The position numbers and the translations under genes were made by a program. DNA of 64,000 nucleotides from Limnothrix sp. BL-A-16 (lineage in GTDB: Bacteria; Cyanobacteriota; Cyanobacteriia; CACIAM-69d), in assembly GCA_041937175.2 (NCBI GenBank), contig CP166615.1, forward strand, positions 2,496,001-2,560,000. The letters are read 5' to 3'. Positions 41,759 through 50,770 of the stretch are shown here, piece by piece. The notes beneath the pieces were generated by a model. That model was not told the DNA's origin and made no database searches. It worked only from the letters and a program-made list of their open reading frames with translations. Position 1 is the first letter of the stretch; every line of letters begins with the position of its first letter.

Positions 41759-41900
41759 GGGTCCGTCGTCATTGCCTGGGAGCCAATGGGAGCCGTTGAT
41801 TTTCCAGACTCCAACCGTCGTAACAAGGGGCTTAAGCCCCTTGCTCCCCACGATCTGGTCACGGTGGAGTCAGGGTTGCCGATGATTTGATGATCGGCTC
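41759..41900 (-). mobile_element. ~142-bp MITE-like element, copy E
   Basis: Ends GGGTCCGTCGTCA / TGATGATCGGCTC, central palindrome at about 41824-41843, colinear with copy C. Confidence 0.68.
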
Positions 41901-42032
41901 TCAGCTCCTAATTCGGTTATTCCGGCATCTTGGCAGACCAGGAGCGTTGGCCCTTGGTCTGCGGTGAGTGAGACACATCGAATTCAGTTGCCTTCTTTGG
42001 CATCTTGCTAGACTCTGCGAAATCTGTGCCCT

Positions 42033-42530
42033 ATGCCTGTCAAACTGCTATTTGTCTGTTTGGGCAATATTTGCCGATCGCCCGCTGCCGAAAATTTGAT
42101 GAATCATCTCATTGCACAGCGTGGCTTGCAGGGGCAAATTGAGTGTGATTCGGCGGGCACAGGAGCCTATCACGTGGGCGAGCCACCCGATCGGCGCATG
42201 AGCGCAGCGGCGGCGAATCACCCAGGCATCAAACTGCAAGGGCGAGCGCGACAATTTTCCTCCGTTGATTTCGCGGATTTTGACCTAATTTTGGCGATGG
42301 ATCGGGATAACTATTGGGGCATTTTGGCCCGCGATCCCGATCGCAAATATCGCGACAAGGTGAAGATGATGTGCGATTTTTGTCGCCACCATGACCTCAA
42401 GGAAGTGCCTGATCCTTACTATGGCGGCCCCGAAGGATTTCAACAGGTTATTGATCTGTTGCTCGATGCCTGTGAAGGACTGTTGGAAACCCTAATTAAG
42501 GAAGGTAAGGTTACGGCTCCTCAGGATTAG
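42033..42530 (+). CDS. Low-molecular-weight protein tyrosine phosphatase
   Basis: VCLGNICRSP P-loop, DPYYGG. Confidence 0.96.
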   Translation: MPVKLLFVCLGNICRSPAAENLMNHLIAQRGLQGQIECDSAGTGAYHVGEPPDRRMSAAAANHPGIKLQGRARQFSSVDFADFDLILAMDRDNYWGILARDPDRKYRDKVKMMCDFCRHHDLKEVPDPYYGGPEGFQQVIDLLLDACEGLLETLIKEGKVTAPQD

Positions 42531-42612
42531 GCAACCGCAGGGTTAACCACAGGATTCAACAACTGTTAACCAACCTCAGGGTTAGACCATTCAGAATTTA
42601 ACCATTTAGCAT

Positions 42613-43194
42613 TTAGCCATCAAACTCGATCGCCCCAGGCCAATAGTCCCATAACACCAAAGCTTGGCCCTGAAACAAGATGGGGTCTCCGAGGGTAATG
42701 AATTCGTTGGTTAATTCATGGGGTAATTCATGGGGTAACTTAAGGTTCAATTGAGGGTTCGATCGATCCATCCACCCCGCAACCGGCCGAGTGACAGTTC
42801 CCCGAGCCGATCGCCCCACCAACGCTACATCAAACCGCCGAGCTAAATGGGCCCATTGGGGATGTTGAATTAAAAACAACTCCGCCGTTCGCAAGAGTTT
42901 AAGTTGCTTGGCGGGGGTGATGGCCAACGCGCCGTTGCGATCCCAATTTCCAGGACTGCGGGTTTTTACCTCCACAAAGGCCAATTCCTGACCCGATCGC
43001 GCCACCAAGTCCAGCTCACCGGCCCGGCAGCGCCATCGCCGCGCCTCGATCATCCAGCCCTCTTGGATCAACCAGGCGGCCACCAACGCTTCACCCAATT
43101 CGCCTAACTGGGCCGCCGCTTGTCGTTGATTGATTGAGCGCTGATTGATTGAGCGCTGATTGATTGAGGGTTGTTGATTTTGGTGCTGATCCAT
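42613..43194 (-). CDS. YraN-family (UPF0102) nuclease-like protein
   Basis: GELGE, GELDLVA, FVEVKTR, RFDVA. Confidence 0.9.
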   Translation of the reverse strand: MDQHQNQQPSINQRSINQRSINQRQAAAQLGELGEALVAAWLIQEGWMIEARRWRCRAGELDLVARSGQELAFVEVKTRSPGNWDRNGALAITPAKQLKLLRTAELFLIQHPQWAHLARRFDVALVGRSARGTVTRPVAGWMDRSNPQLNLKLPHELPHELTNEFITLGDPILFQGQALVLWDYWPGAIEFDG

Positions 43195-43226
43195 AAAAAG
43201 AAGCCCAAAAACTATAGGCCCAAAAA

Positions 43227-43988
43227 CTAACGTTTTTCACCCGTGTCCAGAATCACCCCTAGGGCGATCGCAATGCGTCGATCGAGATAGCGATTGAGAT
43301 CCGCACTCATATCCAAAACATAGCGATCAAGCAGGGTAAATTTGCGGTTAAATTCCCCAATTTGCCGCTCTCGATTAGCTTCACAAATGATAAAGTTAGT
43401 GCGCAACAATCCAAACATTGGCCCCAGCAAGCGCCGAAGTAATGAAAGGGCGATGGAATCTTCATAGGCAACACAAAGCAATGAGCCATCGGGGCGATAG
43501 CAGTGCCACCGTTTGCGAAATAAATCGTAGAGATAGTTCTTGCGAAATCGGGCTAAATCTCCTTCCAAATCGCGCACTGTAAAGGTAGCAGTGAACCATT
43601 CAAATTTTTTCTCTTGAATGATCTTAATCAGCGGTTCCTGTTTGCTGGCATCTCGATAGATAGTGACATGGCGCTTAGGTGAAATCAGCACAATCACCGC
43701 CAGAACAACCCCACAAGCAGCAAGCGTACCCACCAAAAACACTGGCCATTGCAGGTTTTCTGGCATCACAGATAGCAGAAGAGCCAACAGCACGATCATG
43801 ACGATGGTGGCGACTAAACCGGCCAAAACCGCCAGCAAGCTACGCGCCCAATGGGTTGGCCGTTCAATGAACAGGATGGGGTCTCCGTGATCATCACAAA
43901 CGTCATACTTTTCCGAGAGGGTCATCAACTTTTGTCGCAATAGAAATCGATCGCGGTTAAAGACTGAATCGACCTGAAACATGCTCAA
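43227..43988 (-). CDS. LURP-one/scramblase-like protein with two TM helices
   Basis: LRQKLMTLSEKYDV, RKFTLLDRYVLDM..DRRIAIALGVILD. Confidence 0.6.
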   Translation of the reverse strand: MSMFQVDSVFNRDRFLLRQKLMTLSEKYDVCDDHGDPILFIERPTHWARSLLAVLAGLVATIVMIVLLALLLSVMPENLQWPVFLVGTLAACGVVLAVIVLISPKRHVTIYRDASKQEPLIKIIQEKKFEWFTATFTVRDLEGDLARFRKNYLYDLFRKRWHCYRPDGSLLCVAYEDSIALSLLRRLLGPMFGLLRTNFIICEANRERQIGEFNRKFTLLDRYVLDMSADLNRYLDRRIAIALGVILDTGEKR

Positions 43989-44072
43989 TTCTCCACAACA
44001 TCACCCGATCGCCCCGTGGCGACGGCCCCGGTTAGCCCAGGTTTCTGGGCCAACGTTAACCGACAACCCACC

Positions 44073-46043
44073 TCATCGCAGGGTCACCACTACCCCTTGG
44101 CTTTCACGGGCCGATCGATCCACGGCACATAGGGCATAGGTTCCGGCCCCCAAGGCGAGCGATCGCGCTCCGGCCGCCAACAGGCGATCGAGCGTCCAAC
44201 TGTTGCTCTGCTGTCGGTAAAGGGCCCAACCGCGTAACCCTTCGCCACCCCCAGCCCAAGTGAGTTCCCCGCCATTGACCCTCACCCCCGTGGGCGGACT
44301 CGGCGGGTTGCCGGTGGCCCTCAAAACCGGCGGCAAGGCTGGTTGGGCGTAAAGTTCCTGGCGCAGTTGGTCGGCAAACCCTTGGCGATTTTCCGCGATC
44401 GGCTCAATGTTATAGAATGCATTCCCCAAGGCCCGCTGGGCTGCCAGCTCCCGCGTGAGGGTAATTTGCTGCTCAAATTCGGCCACTGACCAAGCGCTGC
44501 TACTGCCCAGTTTGTCCAAGTTGTTACCGGGGTAAACATGGGCCCCGTTGGCAATCTGCACCCACCAATTCAGCAGGGTGCGGTAACTTTGGGCCGTTTG
44601 GTCAATTCGCCAATAGAGTTGAGGCGCAACGTAATCTAACCAGCCGGCCTTAAGCCACCATTTGGGATCGGCAAATAGGCGATCGTACTGATCCAGTCCC
44701 ACAATGCCCGCCGGCTCTCCGGGGCGATAGATACCAAAGGGGCTGATACCGAATTTCACCCAAGGCTTGACCGATCGAATCTGTTCCGACAACCGCTTCA
44801 CCAGCTTGTTTACGTTGTCTCGCCGCCAATCGGCTACGGTTTTGCCACCCCCCCAAGACCAGTAGGTTTGGCGATCGGGAAACTCTTGCCCCTCCACGGG
44901 ATAGGGATAGAAATAGTCATCCAGGTGAATGCCGTCAATGTCGTAGCGCCGCACCACATCCAACACCACGTCCACGGCTCGGTTTTGCACCTCGGGCAGG
45001 CCCGGATCCATCCAACGCTGCGTGCCGTAGGTATAAACGGCGTTGGGGTAAACGGCTTCCACATGGTTCCCGGTGCCGATCGGGGCGTTGAGGGAGGTGC
45101 GGGCCCGGTAGGGATTGAACCAAGCGTGGAGTTCCAGGTTTCGTTGGCGGCATTGCTCGATCGCGAAGGCCAGCGGGTCATAGTAAGGATTGGGTGCGCG
45201 GCCCTGGGTTCCCGTTAACCAGCGGCTCCAAGGCTCAATGCTGGAGTCGTAAAGCGCGTCTCCTTCGGGGCGAATTTGCAGAAAGATGGCGTTTAAACGG
45301 GCCGCCGCCGCCCGATCGAGCAGGGTCACCAATTCCGCCTGCTGCTGGGCGCTGGATAGGCCCGCCTTGGACGGCCAATTCACATTCCACACGCTGGCAA
45401 TCCAAGCGGCTCGAAATTCCCGCCGATGGGACAGATTCACCAACTGGGGCGGCGGCTCCCCGGGTTCCACCAAGTAGGGCGAGTCGATCGTGGGGAAATC
45501 CCGATCGGCCACTAGGGCTTGATAGAGCATGGTGGCCACTTCCGCCCGGCTGCTGGCTTGGCTGGGGCGCAGTTGCCGCAAGTTGGGAAAATTCGCCACC
45601 AAGCGACGGTGCAAGGCTCGCTGCACCGGTTGTCGGGCATAGGTTGCGATCGCCCCCGCATCATCAAAAAAACGGCTCAGATCCAAGGTTTCGCCGCCGG
45701 TTAAGCCCAACCCGTTCACCAAGGCCACCAACACATCGGCCCGCATGATCGTGGCATCGGGGCGAAAGGAACCGTCCGGGTAGCCACTGAGCAGACCACG
45801 TTCCCAAGCCTGTTGAATCGCGGTTCGGGCCCAATGGTTGGCGGCCACATCCCGAAAGCTGCGGGGCGATCGCACGGGGGGCCGATCGACCGATCGAACC
45901 AGCAAGGCCGCGAATTGGGCCCGAGTTAAGGGGCGATCCGGCTGGAAGGAGCCATCGGGAAATCCGCTAATCAACCCTCGATCGGCCAGGGCCACGATAA
46001 AGGCTTGGGCCCAGTGGTTGGTGATGTCTGCAAACGTCGCCAT
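44073..46043 (-). CDS. SLH-domain glycoside hydrolase (DUF187/GHL10 family)
   Basis: Three SLH repeats (GFPDGSFQPD..TRAQFA), EFRAAWIASVWNVNWP, HAWFNPYR, DGIHLDDYFYP. Confidence 0.9.
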   Translation of the reverse strand: MATFADITNHWAQAFIVALADRGLISGFPDGSFQPDRPLTRAQFAALLVRSVDRPPVRSPRSFRDVAANHWARTAIQQAWERGLLSGYPDGSFRPDATIMRADVLVALVNGLGLTGGETLDLSRFFDDAGAIATYARQPVQRALHRRLVANFPNLRQLRPSQASSRAEVATMLYQALVADRDFPTIDSPYLVEPGEPPPQLVNLSHRREFRAAWIASVWNVNWPSKAGLSSAQQQAELVTLLDRAAAARLNAIFLQIRPEGDALYDSSIEPWSRWLTGTQGRAPNPYYDPLAFAIEQCRQRNLELHAWFNPYRARTSLNAPIGTGNHVEAVYPNAVYTYGTQRWMDPGLPEVQNRAVDVVLDVVRRYDIDGIHLDDYFYPYPVEGQEFPDRQTYWSWGGGKTVADWRRDNVNKLVKRLSEQIRSVKPWVKFGISPFGIYRPGEPAGIVGLDQYDRLFADPKWWLKAGWLDYVAPQLYWRIDQTAQSYRTLLNWWVQIANGAHVYPGNNLDKLGSSSAWSVAEFEQQITLTRELAAQRALGNAFYNIEPIAENRQGFADQLRQELYAQPALPPVLRATGNPPSPPTGVRVNGGELTWAGGGEGLRGWALYRQQSNSWTLDRLLAAGARSLALGAGTYALCAVDRSARESQGVVVTLR

Positions 46044-46446
46044 TGTCTTCCAATCCCTTGCTGCGCTGCGATCGCCTCTCGCACCCTAGCATGGCCTTGA
46101 ACTTTCGCCCCATGGCCCGATCCCCTTTTGGGCCCCGGCCAAGGAGACGCTGATTAGGATTAAAAATCACTGCGATTGCAAGATCCAATCGGGCGATCGC
46201 CCCCAGATTCCCAAAGAAGTTCAAACACTCAGCGTTGCGATCGCCAATCGCCCGTACAATGTTGCGTGGACGCTCAACCCCGCGTCACAACCCCGGGCGC
46301 TGTTTGTGTTCGGCAATTTGCGCTGGGCAGTTGAATTTGCGCTGAGCAATGGGTTGTGACCGCTGCCGGTTGAGGCGGTTCCATGTCTTGCAACTTTTGC
46401 AACCCACTGTTTTCATTTAGCTAGGCTTTTCACAGGAGAGCGCCCC

Positions 46447-46788
46447 ATGGCCCAAGCGGTAGGCTCGATCGAAACCAAAGGCTTCCCCGCTGTCTTGGCC
46501 GCAGCCGATGCAATGGTTAAGGCCGGGCGCGTCACCCTCGTTGGCTACATCCGCGTGGGCAGCGCTCGCTTCACCGTTAATGTGCGCGGCGAAGTGGCTG
46601 AAGTTAAACAATCCGTTGAAGCGGGCATCGCGGCGGCCGAAAACGTCTTCGGCGGCGTGGTGGAATCGTGGGTGATCATCCCGCGTCCCCACGAGAATGT
46701 GGTGGCGGTGCTGCCCATTGAATACAACGACAAGGTGGAACAGTATCGCGTGGCAGTGGAAGGCCCGCGCCTGCTCACCTCGCGCTAG
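46447..46788 (+). CDS. ccmK: Carboxysome shell BMC-H protein, CcmK4-like
   Basis: [24 protein letters not shown] pore motif, IIPRPHENV. Confidence 0.92.
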   Translation: MAQAVGSIETKGFPAVLAAADAMVKAGRVTLVGYIRVGSARFTVNVRGEVAEVKQSVEAGIAAAENVFGGVVESWVIIPRPHENVVAVLPIEYNDKVEQYRVAVEGPRLLTSR

Positions 46789-46819
46789 GGCTGATTGCTA
46801 AAGGCCCCATTGGTCACTG

Positions 46820-46846
46820 GCCGCCCCCCTCGGGCGGCTTTTGTTT
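46820..46846 (+). terminator. Rho-independent terminator after ccmK
   Basis: GCCGCCC...GGGCGGC followed by TTTTGTTT. Confidence 0.7.
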
Positions 46847-46888
46847 GGGCATCGGGTCGTTGGATGGGCCTAGGTCTCCGCGCAACCC

Positions 46889-49800
46889 TTAATCCCAACG
46901 ATCGAGGTCGTCTGACCAACGCTGTAACAGGGCCATGGCGCGATCGCGCTGGGTTTCAAAGGTGGCCGCCAGCCAGATCATCCCCGTGCCCAACGCCAGC
47001 CCCACCAACCATTTCAGGAACGACCACCGAGCATTCAACTCCACAAAGTTGGCCAGGGTGGCGGCTCCCAGCAACAGGGATCCCATCAACAGATAGGCGC
47101 GCACTTGCCAGAAAATGCCAGCCCCGATCGCCCCGAGGGCCAAAACCAGACTTACCCAATCGGTGCTGTGCTGTGCGAAGGCCGCCCAAGCAATGATTCC
47201 CGTGCCAGCTAACCGCAGGCCATGGCGCAGGGGCCGGCCTTTGGCCCCTTGCCAAGCGGGATCAATTTCCGCCGCCAAAATTAAGCTGCTGCCCAAGGGC
47301 CCCACATAGAGCAGGGCTTCCATGGAACCGGCCAGCCATAGACTCCGCCAAATCGACCAGGTGGCAAACAGCAGCCCCAGGTAATACAACCGGCGACAAC
47401 GCAACAGGGCCGCCAACGCACCATAACTGGCGGCCACCACCATCAACGCGGGCGGGGCGATCGACCCGGCCAGCAAGAGGCTGATGCTGGCGGGCAACCA
47501 AAGGGCAACCCGTTCCCAGGCGGTTTTTTGGGGGCGGGTTTGGCCCAAGATGGCCAGCCCGATCGCGCTGAAGGCCGCCAAGGCAGCCCAATGGGGGTCA
47601 ACGGCGGCCCAGCCCGGCAACCAAGCCCGGCCCCAACTGATCCAGGCGATCGTTTGCAGAACCGCCAGATCCACCCACAGGCCCGAGGTGCGCCACCCCT
47701 GAACCCAGGGATAGGCCACCAACAATCCCAAAGCCACCCAGGCCAAGGATCCGTGGGTGGGGCCCGCCGTCAACCACAGCAAGCCCGAGAACCCAGTGCC
47801 CACCAACCAGTGGCCATGGGCTGTCCAGGCCAGGGTAGGGCCATTGAGGGCAAAGAGCGATCGCCCCCATCGATCGCGCCCCAGGTCATAAAACCAAGCC
47901 AGAAAACCCGCCACCACGGCAAACAACACCAGGGCATCCGTGGTGGTTCCGGCGGGTAACCAATGGCCTGTCCAAAAGAAGGCCAATTCGCCCCAACCCC
48001 AGGAGGCGATCGCCAGGGAACCGTAACTCAGCCAGCGTTGATGGGGCGATCGGGCGGCCACCCGCAAGCCAATGAGCGCCACCCCCACCATTAGCAAGCC
48101 CGTCCAACCGTCCCAATAGCTCGATCGCCACAACAGGGTTAACAGGCCATAGCCCAAGGGCAACCATCGACGGCTGGGAAACTGTCGCCCCAACCGCTCC
48201 GTCGCCAGCAGGCAGATGAACCCCAGCCCAAGCGTCACAGCGGCATAGTGGCTGAGGGAGCCGTTCAGTTGGCGAAGGGTTTCCGCCGCCGCCAACTCCA
48301 GGGCCGCGGCTCCTGCCCAGAGCAGTCCCGGAATGGCGGCGGGCCGACCGGCCCGCCGACTGGTGAGCAACCGAAACCCGATCGCCCCCAACAGCAGCCC
48401 AATCACCCACCCTTCCCAAAGCGCTTGGGGCTGATCCCAGTCCAGGGCCAACACCAACAGTCGCAGGGCCGTGAAGGGCAACAGCAACCAACTCACCGCC
48501 GTGGCCCAGCGATCGAGGGCTTGGCCATAGAGACGCAGCAGCGGATTCGATCGCCCTACCCCCAACCACCACAGCCCCCAAGCTACGACCAAAAGCCCAC
48601 TTTGCAAGGTCACCCAAGGGCCAAAGGCTAACCCGCTCCAAGACCCCACGCCGGCCCCGGTCAAGGCGGATAGGGACAACCAACCAAAGGTCACGGCCAT
48701 CAGGGCCACCCACCCTTGTCGAAACCCAGGCAGCAGGGAGCTGGCCCCCAAGGTCAACCCGGCCACACCCAGGGACAAAGTGAGGGACTGGGGTGAGGCA
48801 ATGGCCAGGGATTGGGCCAACACTAATCCACCAGCCCCAAGGCCCTTGGCAGCTTTGCGGAGCCTTCCGGGCCCGATCGCCGCCAACCCCAACAGGGCCA
48901 GCGGAATCACCAACCAACTGAGCAAGCCCGAGGTTGCCACCTGTGCAGGGACGGTTTCCCAAACCCCATGGGTCAGTTGCACCAGGCTCAAGCCTGCTAG
49001 CCCCAAACCCAGCCACCAACTGGTTTTGACCCAAGGTTGCCAAGGGGAACGATCGCCCCCGATCGCCACCAAACTCCACAAAACCAGGGTGGCTCCGATG
49101 CCCACCTGCCCCCAACCGATCGGGGCGCTGGTGGTGGGCAAGGCAAACCGGGCCAGGGCATAAACAGCGGCCAGGGCGGCCGTGAGGGTGCAGTTGGCCA
49201 GGACTTGGGGCAGCAGGGATCCCAAGGGCGATCGACTGGCCACCAGGCCGAAGCTGGCGGTGGTGAGCAAACTGAGGGGCAAAAGCCGCAGGTTATGGGG
49301 CCAGAGGGCGAGGGCATAGGCATTCAGCAACAACAGGATCCCCAGCGCCAGGCCCAAGCCAAATTTCGCCAAATCGGGGCGATCGCGCCGCTGCTGGGCG
49401 ATCGCCAGGCCCCCGGGCATGATCGGGTAAGGCAACCACAGCAGCCCCAAAACCTGTTCCGGTTGCCGCAGTTCCAGCAGGGATTGGGCCGCCATCAATA
49501 GGCTCGATCGCCAATCGTCGGGCAACAGGGCCGCGGCTCCTCGGCAGGCTCCCGCCATGACCAGGGTTAAGCCCAACAGATCCGTTCTTCGCCCCGATCG
49601 CTGCAACCGTTCCCACAACAGACCTCCCACGATCAGGGCCAAGGTCAACTGCTGCCAAGGAGCCGTGGCATCCGTCTGCCCCAACAACCAACCCAAGCCC
49701 ACCAGCAACCAGCCCAACCCATTCAGCCCCACCTTGACCCGGGTTGCCTCGCGCGCATCCAAAATCACCAGCAACCCAGACACCACCATCATCAACGCCA

Positions 49801-50611
49801 CATCGGCCAAGCTGGCGATCTGGGTGGCCAGGGCCCGCAACAACAAAATCAGCAGTGAACCGGCCATCAGGGCCCGATGATGGCGCGATCGCAGTTGCCA
49901 CCGGCTGGGCCAAGCGGCCGCCAGGGCGATGAACCCCGCACAAATCGTCACCCCAGCCCAAGCTTGGCCCGATGGCCAGTTCCAGTGCAATCCACAGGCC
50001 AACAGGATCAAGAGAGCGACCGATCGACGACTCACCATCGTCCAGGCAATCATTAACCACAATCCGCCTGCTCCAAACCACCCCCACAGGGGCAATCCCA
50101 ATCCATCGGCGGCCCAGGCATTCACCGGCAACAGCAGGGTTACTAGGCCACGCAGGGTTTGACCCGTCAGGCGCAATCGGGCCTGGCGATCGGTCCAGAG
50201 GGCAGCCCCCCAAAACAACATCGTGTAGAGCAGCAAGATGCCATATTGCCCCACACCTCCCACTTGGCTCCAAAAGCTGGCTGCCAACCAAGCGGAGGAC
50301 ACCACCACCAAAAACGCCCCCAACAGCAGCAACCAAACCACGCTCAGCTCGGCCGTGATGGCCCGCAGCCGGCCGGGGGACTGGGTGGCGGGTTGGGGGG
50401 AGGGGCTGGGGACGGGAGCAACGGGCGATCGAGCGGTTACCGGTAGAGGACAGGTGAGCCAAGTGCTGGCCACTTCGCGCACCCAATCTTCGGACACCAA
50501 CCCCAAACGCAACCACACCTCCAACCCCTCCAAAAGTCGGGGGTCAGAGGTGCGGACAGCCAATTCAATGGTTAGCAGGTGGTCGCGGTGTTGCGGAGCG
50601 AGGTCAGCCAT
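46889..50611 (-). CDS. Very large polytopic membrane protein (DUF2157-like)
   Basis: 1240 aa, almost continuous hydrophobic helices; LLEGLEVWLRLGL and ELSVVWLLLLG N-terminal motifs. Confidence 0.75.
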   Translation of the reverse strand: MADLAPQHRDHLLTIELAVRTSDPRLLEGLEVWLRLGLVSEDWVREVASTWLTCPLPVTARSPVAPVPSPSPQPATQSPGRLRAITAELSVVWLLLLGAFLVVVSSAWLAASFWSQVGGVGQYGILLLYTMLFWGAALWTDRQARLRLTGQTLRGLVTLLLPVNAWAADGLGLPLWGWFGAGGLWLMIAWTMVSRRSVALLILLACGLHWNWPSGQAWAGVTICAGFIALAAAWPSRWQLRSRHHRALMAGSLLILLLRALATQIASLADVALMMVVSGLLVILDAREATRVKVGLNGLGWLLVGLGWLLGQTDATAPWQQLTLALIVGGLLWERLQRSGRRTDLLGLTLVMAGACRGAAALLPDDWRSSLLMAAQSLLELRQPEQVLGLLWLPYPIMPGGLAIAQQRRDRPDLAKFGLGLALGILLLLNAYALALWPHNLRLLPLSLLTTASFGLVASRSPLGSLLPQVLANCTLTAALAAVYALARFALPTTSAPIGWGQVGIGATLVLWSLVAIGGDRSPWQPWVKTSWWLGLGLAGLSLVQLTHGVWETVPAQVATSGLLSWLVIPLALLGLAAIGPGRLRKAAKGLGAGGLVLAQSLAIASPQSLTLSLGVAGLTLGASSLLPGFRQGWVALMAVTFGWLSLSALTGAGVGSWSGLAFGPWVTLQSGLLVVAWGLWWLGVGRSNPLLRLYGQALDRWATAVSWLLLPFTALRLLVLALDWDQPQALWEGWVIGLLLGAIGFRLLTSRRAGRPAAIPGLLWAGAAALELAAAETLRQLNGSLSHYAAVTLGLGFICLLATERLGRQFPSRRWLPLGYGLLTLLWRSSYWDGWTGLLMVGVALIGLRVAARSPHQRWLSYGSLAIASWGWGELAFFWTGHWLPAGTTTDALVLFAVVAGFLAWFYDLGRDRWGRSLFALNGPTLAWTAHGHWLVGTGFSGLLWLTAGPTHGSLAWVALGLLVAYPWVQGWRTSGLWVDLAVLQTIAWISWGRAWLPGWAAVDPHWAALAAFSAIGLAILGQTRPQKTAWERVALWLPASISLLLAGSIAPPALMVVAASYGALAALLRCRRLYYLGLLFATWSIWRSLWLAGSMEALLYVGPLGSSLILAAEIDPAWQGAKGRPLRHGLRLAGTGIIAWAAFAQHSTDWVSLVLALGAIGAGIFWQVRAYLLMGSLLLGAATLANFVELNARWSFLKWLVGLALGTGMIWLAATFETQRDRAMALLQRWSDDLDRWD

Positions 50612-50770
50612 AAAGGGGGTCGAAGGGACGCGATCAGCTCAGGAGGGGTCAACCGCCATGAGCCTAACCCGATCGTCCCGTCATCCCCCAGCCACCGGAC
50701 CAGTTCCGCCGCTGTCGGTGGGCCACCGCCAACAACTGCCCACCGATCGCTTGCCCTAGACCAACTCAAC

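Noticed and set aside
47886..50516. Two ~408-aa alternative-frame ORFs
   Set aside because: GC-rich frame shadows inside the 1240-aa membrane protein gene
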